The translations under genes were made by a program, and so were the position numbers. The notes below the pieces were generated by a model. That model was not told the origin of the DNA, did not search any database, and saw only the letters and a program-made list of their open reading frames with translations. A DNA stretch of 63,713 nucleotides, counting the filler, from Folioceros fuciformis (Eukaryota), in the NCBI GenBank assembly GCA_049999805.1. It is 6 parts of 6 records of this genome, joined end to end, with 100 filler letters (N's around TTAATTAATTAA, not from the genome) between each part and the next. Parts side by side here need not be neighbours in the genome. Positions count along the whole stretch, not along the records: positions 34,937 to 47,975 come from JBNGIO010005790.1; positions 48,076 to 58,766 come from JBNGIO010005792.1; 4 more parts are not named here. The stretch is one strand, 5' to 3'. This document shows, piece by piece, positions 38,301 to 50,476 of this stretch. How positions within the stretch are numbered: position 1 is the stretch's first letter; every line of letters starts with the position of its first letter.

Positions 38301-41300
38301 TGTCAACCCAACTAAAGCAACAAAGCTACTGGAACTTGTTCATTCTGACCTTTGTGGACCTATGTCCACATCTACCTTTGGAGGAGCAAAATATATTTTG
38401 TCCTTCATTGATGATTGGAGTCGATACATCACTGTATATCTGATCAAGTTCAAAAGTCAAATCTTGGGATGCTTCCAGGAGTATGTCATGTATGCGTAGC
38501 ACCAAACTGGTTCTCTCTTGAAAATTCTGAGCAGTGACAATGGTGGCGAATATGTCTCAGATTCCTTCTCGGATTATTGCAAAGAGTTGGGGATATCCAG
38601 GCAGTTTACCACACCTTATACATCGTCGCAAAATCCGATTGCAGAATTGAATAATTGCCGCCTCTAGGAAATTGCAAAGTCAATGCTCAAGCTGGCTGGT
38701 CTATCCCGCGGCTATTGGGGTGAGGCCGTGGCCACAGCAGCCTACATCATTAACAGGTTGCCAACAAGTGTGTATGAGGGAGCAACTCCTTACGAGCGGT
38801 GGACTGCACACAAGCCACGCATCAACCACTTAAGAATCTTTGGAGCACTTGCCTATGCACACCTGTCAGAAGACCAGCGTGTAAAGCTTGATTACAAAGC
38901 AAGGAAGTTTGTCTTCATTGGATACACACAGGGTATAAAAGGGTACAACTTTTCGACCCTGACACTAGAACCACTACGCACTCACGTAGTGTCATCTTTA
39001 ATGAACAGCTTCTACTCAAAGCACCAGCACTTGACAGTGTGAGAGAGGCATCAAGTGAGTCAACATACCCTGAGTTAGAGGATGACCACATAGATGTTAG
39101 TCACCCTCCAGCAGCACAAGTGCCAGCTGCACCTGCTCAAGTATCCAGACCGCCTAAAGGTATAGATTCAGTGCCAAGTCATTTCCTTGATGACGATTTG
39201 CACATCCATGATGACGTAGCATCAGATGCACATGGAAATAGTGACCTGGACATTATGTTAGATGAAACATCAACAGTTGTACCTGTTCCAATCATTGAGC
39301 CAGAAGTTGAGCAACCAACAGTCTTGTTACGTAGGGGCACTGACCTAGGAACCAGGAGGCACACCTCTTCACCATCTGAATGGGTGAACCTGCCTCTTTG
39401 GCCTTAAACCTTTCTAGTACAAGATGACAGTAACCCCATGGACATGGGTGATCCACCTACTTATCAGGCAGCACTTAACTCACCTGATGGTGAGAAATGG
39501 AGAGAGGGTATTCAATCTGAGTACCAATCGCTTGTGGACAATAAGACATGGGTCCTTGAAGATCTTCCGCCTGGAAGAAAGGCTGTTACCTGTAAGTGGG
39601 TATTTAAATGCAAGTTAGATGCTGAAGGCAAAATTGCACGCTACAAAGCCAGATTAGTTGCTCGGGGGTACAGCCAAGTTGAAGGCTTGGATTATAATGA
39701 AACCTTCTCACCAGTGGTGAGGGCATCTTCCATTCGAGCTCCATTGGCAATAGCAGCACAGCATGACTATCTCTTACAGCATATGGACGTTAAGACCGCC
39801 TTCCTCAACGGGAACCTTGAGGAAACTATCTACATGCAGCAGCCTGAAGGGTATGTAGATCCTGCACATCCCACCAAAGTTTGCAGATTAGTGAAAACTA
39901 TCTATGGGTTGAAGTAGTCTCCCAGGGAATGGTTCAAACGAATCGATACCTATTTGAAAAAATGTGGGTTCGTCCAAAGCGAGGCAAATAGTAATGTATA
40001 CATGCTGAATGACAAAGATGGGATAGTCTACTTAGCTCTCTATGTAGACGACACGGTTATAATAGCAAGCAATCCAGCTGCCATGGCCAAATGCAAAGGT
40101 TTCTTGACAACTGAGTTCTCTATGACTGATCTTGGTCAGTTGACTTTCTTCTTGGGTATCCGTATTCAGCAAAACCTGCAATGGCATATGATATTCATAC
40201 ACCAAGGGCAGTTTGTTCAGCAGGTGTTAGCTAGATTTCGGCTGCAAAATGCAAAAACCAGCTCCAACACCGATGGCAGTGGGAGACAAACTTACACTAG
40301 CGCAATGTCCAAAGACTGAACAAGAGAGCACTGAGATGGCCAAGGTACCTTATCGATCTGCAATGGGAGTATGTATATATTTCCGTAATTGGACAAGGCC
40401 TGAGCTTGCACATTCAGTGGGAGTAACCTCGCAATTCCTATCCAACTACGGAAATGCGCACTGGCATGCAGTCCAACGAATATTGAGATATCTTGGTGGC
40501 ACACCAAATCACGGGCTGTTATACATTAAAAGACCATAGAATCTCCTACTAACCTGTTTCTGTGATGCTGACTGGGCATCCGATGCTAACAGTCGTAAGT
40601 CGATCTCAGCACACTGCTTATTACTCGGCAAGGATGAATGGAACTCAACAGTCATTGCATGGCATAGTAAAAAGCAACAGGAAGTTGCTTTATCGTCAAC
40701 CGAAGCGGAATACATCTCTACTACTACAGCATCTCAGGATATCATACATTGTAGAGAGCTCCTAGGGTCTTTGGGAGCACCTCAACCTGCGCCAACACTT
40801 TTGTTAAGTGATAATCAATCTGCAATAGCTTTGGCACAAAATCCTGTCATGCACGCATGTACAAAACACATAGAGATTAAGCATCATTTTATCCGTCAGG
40901 TGATAGCAGAAGGCCAAGTCACATTACAGTATGTTCCAACAGATGCAAACATAGCTGATCTGCTTACAAAAGCCTTGCCTAGGGAAAAACATGAGAGATT
41001 CGCCAAGGCACTGGGTCTGTCACCTAATCCTGATGCATGAAAGCACCACACACTCTAACCACTATGCATACAGAGATTACTCAGCTTGGCTGGAATCGTC
41101 TGAACGGCATCGAAGTTGTGCAGCGCCACCATGGCTCTGCCAATCACCCACAGCAAGTTAGGAAATTTGCAGCGCAAGGCTACAGTGGGAGCAGAATGGC
41201 AGCCACTTACCATAGCAAATGATGAGGCGACCTTCGTCGGTGAATTCACCTCCTGCATATATAAATCTGTCCATGCAATTGGGCAGGAATCGTTAAGGAG

Positions 41301-41870
41301 CATCATCGACAAGTCGCGGCAAACCTTGAGCTGTGCGGAACCTAGCGTGAGCCAATTCAAGCTCCTCTTCCAGTGTGTACAGCTGTTTGAAGCTGACGCA
41401 GATTTTGCAAGGGCGTCGTCGATGCAGGAGACAAAGGACTGGCACGATGAGAAGCACAATCACAGTCTCCAGCTCGAAGACGGCCATGCTCATTGCCGCC
41501 AGTTACTACCGACACCGACTGGAACCCTAGCTGCTTGACAACGCAAAAGTTCTAAGTACCCGATGCTGGAAGAGGCGAAATGCCGAGTTACCAAGGGTGA
41601 ATGCATGCTAAGTGGGAGTAAAAATATAAATAAGTTGAAGGTTATTTATTTAAAGTAGCCTGCATTAATTAATAATAGTTATATATTGAAACTTTAGATA
41701 CATAAGGGTGCATAATGAATGGTCGTGACCTAACTAACTCAACAGCCACTTTCACGGGACACTGTGAACCGGTGTCCCCACGCCTTCAAGAAGGCCACAC
41801 GACCTTCCATAATTTACTTCTTGCTTTCCTACACATTTGCTTCTAGCACGATCCTCTACTTTTATCTTTA
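35342..41870 (+). mobile_element. Full-length degenerate Ty1/copia element (LTRs 35342-35594 and 41619-41870, PBS 35595-35606, gag-pol ~36780-41040)
   Basis: LTRs differ by 3 substitutions and 1 indel; PBS TGGTATCAGAGC; CNWC-H-C knuckle, WFLDSGAS, WHCRLGH, HSDLCGP, YKARLVARG, LYVDD, KHIEIKHHF; several stops and frameshifts. Confidence 0.96.
41081..41493 (-). pseudogene. Putative spliced antisense accessory gene of the copia element (~112 aa, N-terminal hydrophobic helix)
   Basis: ATG at 41493; intron 41210-41137 (GTAAGT..CCTAAC..TGGCAG); one internal stop lies at a different codon in the second copy. Confidence 0.5.
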
Positions 41871-44800
41871 GAGAGGCTCCTATAAGATCAGGTGAGCCTG
41901 TAGGAGGAGGTAGTTATTCACTTTGGGAGTCAGTGTACCACTTTGTGAGCTCTTGGAGGTACTCTCTACATGAGCTCTTGTGGTATGTCCCTACTTGGTT
42001 TAGGACCTGCAGTGTGTTGCTGGCTGTGCAACGTCTGGTAGGATCGCAAGCCGCGTGTTGCCGGTTGTACAGTGTCTGGTAGGATCACAAGGTGTAATGA
42101 CCAGGGTGAAGGGGCTTGCCCCTAGCTCTTGATTGTAAAGGATGTGTCTTTCTCTCGACCTGTCCACTCTTGTTCTCTGTTTGGACAAGTGCTGTAGGCC
42201 GGTCATGTTTGATGGCGTCTGGTAAGGTTGTGAGGAGGAGATACCCGAGAGAGGAGTGTATTCCCTTCTTTCTTTTCTTTGGGGTTGGTCTAGTGACTCT
42301 TGCCGGGTAGGAGGAGTCAATAGGGAAGTGTAGAAGGTAGTGGTGTCGTTGTTAGTTGCTGGTGTTGGTGCTGGAGTGAGAGAGCGAGTGAAGTGAGTAA
42401 GGGAAGTCGCAGATCCGAGAGGTTAGGGTCGTTGTAGTGACTGGACTGAGTTTGTGGGCACCGAGAGAGGTGCAGCTGACCGCTGGATAGTGAGGCCTGT
42501 CCTACGCCTGATTGGAGTTGGAAGGGAGCCCTCGAATCCATCACCGAGTCGATTGAGTCCGACCCTCCTTCCACAGTAGCAAGGAACCCCATCGCTCCTT
42601 CATGGGAACAGAACCCAATGTCTCAACGACAGTGGGATAAGTGTGGCCACTAAAGGTGGAACCCGTCAGCAATCAGTGCCCGGGGTTTTGCCTCCACACT
42701 TAGTCTGACCAGTCTTGGCTCTTGCACCTGTGTTAGCTGCCCCCTTGCTAGAGAACATGGACTGGTAGTACGTGAAAGCCTTGGAATGCCAAGAGGCATA
42801 GGCCGAGAAGGCTACCTCCTTCTTCTCAGCTTCTTCATGCACTTGCTCCAAAGTGTACTTGTCCCCATATTTGTCCACCGAGGACGTAACCAGCTAGAAA
42901 TGAAACAACGGGTCTCCTTCAAGTGTAGTAAAAAACCTCTGCGCTGCTTCCTGATTTGTTAACATCCCTGTACCTTCCCTCAATTTCTGTAGCCTTCTGA
43001 AGCGCATATGGTATGTCTCCCCCTTTTGCGAGCAAAGGCAGCAAGTTCTGCAATTTTCTCTGGGGTCTTCAATGGGAATGCCCTCTCCAAAATAGCTAGG
43101 AACTCCTCCACTGGGTTCAGGTACTTGCAGGTGTGTGTAGAAACTCTTGCACACCAGCTGTGGCAGTAGCCCGCTCTGCTAGTGTCAAATTCACCACCGT
43201 TGGAGGTAGTGTGGTGGCGAAGATGGTCTTGGCTACAATCTCTGCTTGATGGTCGTTAATGGCTGCTGCCAATTTGGCATTATATGCCAACTGCAGAGCC
43301 GAGTGATGGGCAAGGTTAGGAGTGGCAATTGTGCTCGACAGCTCAGCCTGGTGAGCCTCGTACAAATCCAATGCCTCATCTACTAAGTAGCTGGACAACT
43401 GTTCAAACATGTACTGGTGGTTGTAGGCAGCACCATGTTTGAACTTCACTCTGCTGATGACTGCATTGATGAACAAGCGAAAGTCCCTTAAGGATTGGGT
43501 GCTTGGTCTACTTGAGAATTTCTCCGCCCTAAGCCCTGATGAACCACCCTCCATGATGTCTTACCCTTTAGACAGGTCACCCTGGCCTTGCCCTACACCA
43601 AGGACAAACCCAGCAAACCCCGGATGTGTTTGTTGTGACCTCACAAATGAGGGCTGTGAATTGGGAGACCCTTGTTGTCCAGGTTCCTCATGACAAACTA
43701 GCTGACCCCTTAAATCTGAGCTAGTTAGCACACCAATCTTGCTCAAGTCTAAGAGGGGTGACCGGTTGGGTTGCCCAATGGATGTTGCTGGTTCCAAGTC
43801 CTCTCTCAAGTCTTCTTCACTTGCAAGTTGGCGTCGTCGAGCTGCCCACCTTCTCCTCCGCTGTGCACGCTCCGGTGATGCCCTAATAGGAATGTGTCGA
43901 CTCCTCAATCGGTAACGTGGGCTGGCCTCTTGCTGATCTAGTTGCATACCCCATGCACCCCTGTTACACCTACAGCTGGTGCTTGGCAAAGACAGTGAGG
44001 TGTTGTGCTGCAAATGACAGCACCGGGCATGGGGAAGTGACTCTCGCTGGGATGCCACACACTGCTTCAACTCTACCCACAGGACCCTTCTACTAGCTAT
44101 TGCTGGCCCCTAAATCAAACCCCTGTTCACAAAGGCAAAACGAGCCGCTAAACGTGTGGTTCCAAAAAACCATGCGTGCCTCTCAACAAATGTCACCAAG
44201 AACTGAGGGTTAGTTCCTCCCAAATTCCTAGTGGTGGCCTCCCTTCGTGCCACGTCTGGTAATAGCTGTAAGCTGCCCGCCCCACAGTCTAAATGAGTGT
44301 GAGCAAAGCTCAGCTACTCCCTACCCAGATAATCCTTGTTTTGGGAAAATCGTAGCCCTGGAAATCTCAATTCCCTAGGCTTGCTGGGCAAATGTAGCTG
44401 TGATTAGGAAGCAAAGAAACACAACTTTCTTGGAGTCCTAAGGGAACAAGAAATCTACCTCTACCCAAAGCATCCATGATCAGCCATGTCCCTCTTCCTG
44501 CAGTGATATGATCCGCAATGAAGATCAGTCCTTGGAATCAGCTTAAAAGCAAGCACAAAGCATACCAAAACGTTTGCCTCTACAAGAAAAATATGTTGGT
44601 ATGTAGATCAAAGGGATCCAAGTGGAATTGCGGCCGTTATGTCCTCCTCTTGCAGTGATCTGATCGACACTGAAAATCTAAGATCAGTCTCTGGAATCGG
44701 CTCAAAAGTAAGTGCAAAACATACCAAAATGTTTGCCTCTTCAAGAAAAATCTATTGGTATGTAGATCCAAGGCATCCAAGCGGAATTGTGGCCGTTATG

Positions 44801-45741
44801 TTCTCTTGAAGTTTGGCGTCCACACCCTCAAACCCCAAACCCGAGGCTTAAGTGCGTGAAATGCTGAGCGACTTGCTAGGGCTGCCTCGATGTGGTTTCT
44901 TAGCAGTGCCTTAGCTGCCAGCTCTCCCGAGCCCTGTCTAAAGAGCCTTGGATCAACATGTGGCTGCTGCGAGTAGAAAGGTAGTTGCTACAGCACTAAG
45001 CAGGCACCTTCCAAACTCACGGCTGCTACAAAGGAAGAGAAGGATTCTTCAAGGCTGCTGCCGGAATGCACATGTTTGGCCGCGCCCGTAGAGTCCCTAC
45101 AAACCCTAAATCCCTAGCAATGCAAAGGGAAAATGAAAGACTTCACACAAACGGGTCTGGATGGGTGCTCCACAAATGCTACCTTGCTGTAGCTGCTTGG
45201 CTGCGCTCTAAGAGCTCCTTGCCCATGCCCTCATTGCCTGATTGAAGCAGTTGTTGAAGTAAGATGTTAGGCTGCTCACATGCGCCATAGCTCACTCCGT
45301 GTCGTAAAGCAACAAAAAGGGGGCTGCCCAGAGTTAGTAAGTCACTAGTGGGATGCCACCATCTCCTTACACCCACAATCTGCACCAAATAGCTCTTTCT
45401 TTCATAGACGGCTAGTGAACAACCAAAAAAAGGGTTTAGGTCTTCCGGTGGTTTCTCTAATGAGCAACTTTGACAACTGCCTTTCTCCTCGCCGTGTTTG
45501 GTCTATTAGTTTGGTGCCCTTCCAAGCCATTTCCTGTGGGCTGTATGAGCCCACACACTTCTAGTGGGCAAGTAGCCCTGGCTTGTATTTCAGCCATTTA
45601 CATAATTTAGGTTGAGACAATTCTTTTACCTATTACTTATCTTATTTCCTATTATTAAATCAGCTAATTTAGGTGAAGTTAGTTTAATCACCTATTATCT
45701 AATCAGCTGAATTCCACTAAACTATCACGTTCAGCATGACA
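41871..45741 (-). mobile_element. Degenerate gypsy-like element: long LTR ~44191-45741 and gag remnants ~42666-43560, interrupted by the copia
   Basis: Inverted termini TGTCA...TGACA; gag-like LRAEKFS..., LSSYLVDEALDLY, QKGET..MRFRRL; a ~150-bp duplication inside the LTR. Confidence 0.6.
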
Positions 45742-46757
45742 GTCTCCTATAAGTTCATTTTTGCCACAATTTCACGATAAGGCTGGCCGAGAGGTATAAA
45801 AGGGAATGGGATGAGGCAAGAGCCAAGGTTAGGAGTGAGGCAAGAAGACCGAAGAAGGGAAAGGGTTCAGCCACCGCAGTGGCCGAAGTAGCAACCGTGG
45901 TGGGATCAACCATGGTTGCCGAAACAACAACCGGTGTGGCTGAACCAGCCACCATAGTGGAAGGAGGAATGGAAGTACTGGAACCAACCACCGACGAAAC
46001 TATGGCAGGGGAGCATGCAACACCCCTGGAATGGAGGAGGCAGCCACCCTAGGACAGTCAATAGGAGGAGAGGGTAAGGACCTCTTTAGCAGGGGGCCAT
46101 ATTGTGTTGCGACATAGGGATGAGGATACCCATGTCCCTGGCTTCCAATTATATGGTGAGCGGGTGCTCGCTCTAAATGTGTATGTGGTGGTTCTATAGC
46201 GGAGATGGGCACACTAGTCTAGGGGCAAACTAGGTTAGGTTTTTATTAGAGAATAGTATGCTAATGAATTATGATCCAAAGATTGTTGACTTTAGGAGCA
46301 TGCCAGGAAGGTATAATCATTTCTTAAGACTCTGAAAGGTTGCGATAGTAATGGTACTCCAAGGCTGAATGTACAAGGGGCCTTGTTATGTCTCTCAAGG
46401 AGACAATTTCAGGTGTGAGCTTCCATGTGTTGAATTTGTGCGTTGTGGGTTGGAGACATCCAATCGATGAAAGCATGATTCGGCCTGCTGTCCTCTTGTC
46501 ACAAGAGGACCAGGACGATCCTTGGGTGGTCGAGAGCTGTGTGACCCAGCTTCGCGACTGGTGTGGCTAGTGGAAGGGGTGCTCCGCACCTGTGAGAAAG
46601 AGAAATTTTTGAAGAAGGTGAGGGTGGTAACGCAAGTTTCGCGAAACCCCTGGAAAGTCGAGAGGGAGCGCGTTTTCACAAAACTCTTGTAAAGCCGTCC
46701 GACTGTGATTTTTCCCTTCCCCACTCTACTGTCTAACTAGGCCGTGTTTAATCTCTA

Positions 46758-47010
46758 TGAGGGGTTTGTGTAACCCAAGGAGGGGTTTGTGTGGCCTAAG
46801 GAGGGGTTTGTGTGGCCCAAGAGGGGATTGTGTGTCCCAAGGAGAGGCCTGCGTGGCCTAGGAGGGGACCGTGGGTCCCAAGAAGACGCTTGTGTGGCCT
46901 AGGAGGGGACTGTGTGTCCCAAGGAGATTCCTGCGTGGCCTAGGAAGAGATTGTGTGTCCCAAAGAGAGGCCTATATGGCCTAGGGAGGGGTCTGTCTGA
47001 CCTGTGGAGG
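46758..47010. repeat. Degenerate ~21-bp tandem repeat
   Basis: AAGGAGGGGTTTGTGTGGCCT-like units, about 11 copies. Confidence 0.8.
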
Positions 47011-47229
47011 AGGATTGAGTGAATATTTGGTGCGAGAGAAGTGTGAGTGTTTGAAATTGTGAAGCGCTGAAGAAGATTGGAGGTAGATTGTGTGGAGCAT
47101 CAGCGATGCAATCAAGCGTCGTGGTGTGGTTGGCCCTAATCTACATCTACAAGTGAGATTTGGGTGGAAAATAACATGAGTATGACTTTGTGTGCATGAG
47201 AATCAGCCTGCACAGACCATAGCTCTATA

Positions 47230-47975
47230 GGGTTATCAAAGCCCAATGTGATTAGACTAATGTGTTTAGTCTAAGATTAGTGTCTAGTTAAGTATCATTA
47301 GTTTAGATTAGCTTAAGCTAATCTATAGGAAGCTTCTTGCGCAACTTCCTGTGCGCTTCTTGTGAAGCTTCCTAGGGAGCTCTTCTAGAGGGTATAAATA
47401 CCCCTTTGAGCTCCCTTGCTATAGAGACTCATTGTGAGAGTGTGACCTCTCTTTCTCCTCCTTGCCTCCTCCTCTCATTCTTCACCATGTAGCTCCTGTA
47501 GCGGTCCTTCAAGTGGTATTAGAGCCTGGTTGTGTAGCAAGGTGGTGTCTGTAGGTGATGCGGACAAGTGAGGAGTGCACCGGAGTGAGACAACCTCCGG
47601 CATCCGGGGGTTCCGTGTGCACCATCCCGAAGTGTAGGGTCTCAACCCCTTAGGCCAGAGCGCAAAGCCCGAGTTGGGAGCTTGGGGTGCCGGGAGCTCG
47701 GGGTGTGGAAGCGCGGGGAATCTGCCTGGGGCGCCATCCGCACCAGGCGCCACATCGAGAGTGCCGGGCGCCAGGCGAGGCGCCACTAGGCGCCCAAGCC
47801 ACGGGGGCTACCATCCCGCACGGGCGCCCAACCCACAGGGGCGCTAGGAGGGCATCGCCAGGCCCCTGGAGCCAAGGCCACGGGGTGCCGGCACACTCAG
47901 GTAGGCCCCTGGCCGCGGGGGTGCAAGCTAGGCCCCGCCCTGGGAGAGGCACCTACCAGGGCGCAAACCCAGCCA
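47230..47975 (+). mobile_element. Probable LTR end, iMet PBS (~47514) and 5' internal region of another retroelement
   Basis: TATAAATA, then ...CTTCA AG TGGTATTAGAGCC; the LTR start is uncertain. Confidence 0.5.
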
Positions 47976-48075
47976 NNNNNNNNNNNNNNNNNNNNNNNNN
48001 NNNNNNNNNNNNNNNNNNNTTAATTAATTAANNNNNNNNNNNNNNNNNNNNNNNNNNNNNNNNNNNNNNNNNNNN

Positions 48076-48590
48076 TGGAATTTGAAATACCACTCCTTGG
48101 GTGCCTGCTTCAAACCATAAACACTTTTCTTTAACCTGAACACCAGACTCTCTTTGCCCTTCTCAATGAAACCCTCTGGTTGCTGCATGTATACCTCTTC
48201 CTGGAGATCACCATGCAAAATTGCCGACTTCACATCCATCTGGACAAGTTCCGCGTCGAGCCTCGGAACCAGACCAAGAACACATCGCAAGGTGGTCATT
48301 TTGACAACCGGTGAGAAAATCTCATCAAAGTCAATACCTTGCTGTTGCTTAAAACCCTTCACCACCAATCGTGCCTTGTACTTGGGTTTGCCATAATGGG
48401 GTGTGTCCTTCATCTTATACACCCATTTGCATGGCAACGCGGTGTGGCCGAACAGATGAACAGGACCATCCAGGAGAGGATGCGTAGTTTGTTGTCAAAC
48501 TCTGGATTGCCTAACGGATTTTGGGCAAAAGCAGTGGCTACTGCGGTGCATCTTATTAACAGATCTCCTAATAGGGCTGTGGATTTTTAG
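48076..48590. mobile_element. Copia fragments in opposite orientation: RT on minus (48076-48437), integrase on plus (48438-48590)
   Basis: YKARLVVKGF, QMDVKSA, YGLKQAP on minus; GVAEQMNRT, FWAKAVATAVHLINRSP on plus. Confidence 0.85.
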
Positions 48591-48946
48591 AATAAATGAA
48601 AATATGCAGAATATTATTCATTGATTAATTGGCAGAATTACATTGTGTCTATACATGTATATTATATACAAGACAATAAATCAAACTTAAACTACAGCCT
48701 TTCTACGAAACGGTACACCCTTTATGAAACGCTGCAACCCTAACGAACGGGTATGGTTAACTAACCTAACCAGAACAGAACTGGCTCTAATTATTACTCA
48801 GCACTTATTATTCATTACTCCCACTTGTTGATAATAATTCAGCCATGTTCGCAACCGCCGGTACCCCCTTCAGCTTACTCCCCGTGAAGAGCTTGAACTG
48901 AAGACACACTTGATTACGCCCCAGCTAAGAGAGCTGCTAGCACAAG

Positions 48947-49974
48947 ATGCCGTCTGAGGGTACAGATGCCGGTGTGAAGGCAGTTGAGCTGAGGTGCGCC
49001 GCGCTCATAAACCTGCTATTCTTGATTTCAAGATTGCTTTGTGAGCTCCTTCACCAGAAGGTCGAACAACTGCTGCTGCTCACCGCCGCTACCATGTCTT
49101 CAGATCCCTTTGATCACACACCTGGACGCCGCCGCCACAACCGTGATGCTCTAGGGCGATTCGCGCTAAGGACAACTACCACAGAGCCCAAGGTTGAAGA
49201 GGAGAAGAGGATCCTGCCCGTCGGAGTGAAAAGGAAGGTCGGTCGGCCGCAGGGAACAACCAAGGGTTTCCTCGAGTGGCACAGGCTCGGTGTGCTGTAG
49301 GGTGAGCCCAGCATGGCCGGTCCTTCGGATCTTCAGCATCATCCGCCACCACCCCCGGTGCTTGAGGAGGAGGTGGTTATGCCCTTCACCAGAGTGCTCA
49401 ACCTGGATGTGGCTTACTACAGCAACATCTCCAAGAACCGCATCCCTGTGAAGCTTCCGAAGCCCATCTGCCGTGGTGAAGAGACGAAGATCGTGAACTG
49501 TGGCACGCTGGAGTTCCCTTCGCTCTCTGATCTGGTACAGAGCCTGGGTTGGTCTTGAGGAGCTGATAATGAAGCGGGTGAAGGTTCTTCGATGTAGATG
49601 CTTCCCTGGACATGTCGTAAGTCTATACAATAAGTATCTGCTGCTTCCCTTTCTTGCTTTCGCTGCTACTACAATTTCTGTTTGTAAGTTTCCTTGTTTC
49701 TTTAACACTTGCTAATTGCTCCCACTTACTGTGGACAGAGTCCAACAAGCGGATCAAGGAGGAAAGAAAGTTGGAGGATGGAGGGAGAGCTTCCGGTTCA
49801 GAGGTCAAGCCCAAGGGAGGATATCACTTGAAGTCTTGCAAAGAATGGTCGCCCGATGCCTACTACGAGACTGAAACTGAAGATGAGTCAACCTTTGACA
49901 CTATTGAGGCAAGAACTGAGATAGAGATAGAGTTGATTTCTGATTCTGATAATTCAGTCTCTTCGGGCTTTTAG
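48947..49974 (+). pseudogene. Putative spliced antisense accessory gene of the copia element (~301 aa; AT-hook-like motif, acidic tail)
   Basis: ORFs at 48947 and 49313 share a frame; intron 49617-49738 joins them in frame to the 49654 ORF; the three stops are TAG, TGA and TAG. Confidence 0.55.
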
Positions 49975-50306
49975 AAACAGTTGGCTTAATTTGAACCGGA
50001 CAGGAAAGCTTCTGCCCCTCCCATTCCCAAACGCTGCATGTGCTTGTGATGAGCTTCTCTGCTCAAAGCCTTAGTTAGTATGTCCGCTGGATTGTCTTGA
50101 GTCGGAACATACTGTAACTCAATTTTGCCTTCAGTCACAAGCCCTCTTATATAGTGGTATTCTACTTCCACATGCTTTGTACGCGCGTGAAACACTAGAT
50201 TTTTAGCTAAAGCCATTGAGCCCTGACTATCAGTGTGGATTGTTGTGCAATTAGGTGTCTGGATTCCTAATTCCTTGAACAAGAGCTTACACCACACGAT
50301 CTCTTT

Positions 50307-50476
50307 GGCAGCTGCTGTCAAGACCCGATACTCAACCTCGGCAGCTGCTGTCAAGACCCGATACTCAGCCTCAGCAGCTGCTGTCAAGACCCGATACTCA
50401 GCCTCGGCAGCTGCTGTCAANNNNNNNNNNATACTCAGCCTCGGCAGCTGCTGTCAAGACCCGATACTCAGCCTCG
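50307..50476. repeat. 33-bp in-frame tandem repeat (EAEYRVLTAAA) inside the copia RNase H region
   Basis: GGCAGCTGCTGTCAAGACCCGATACTCAGCCTC, about 5 copies around a 10-N gap. Confidence 0.85.
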
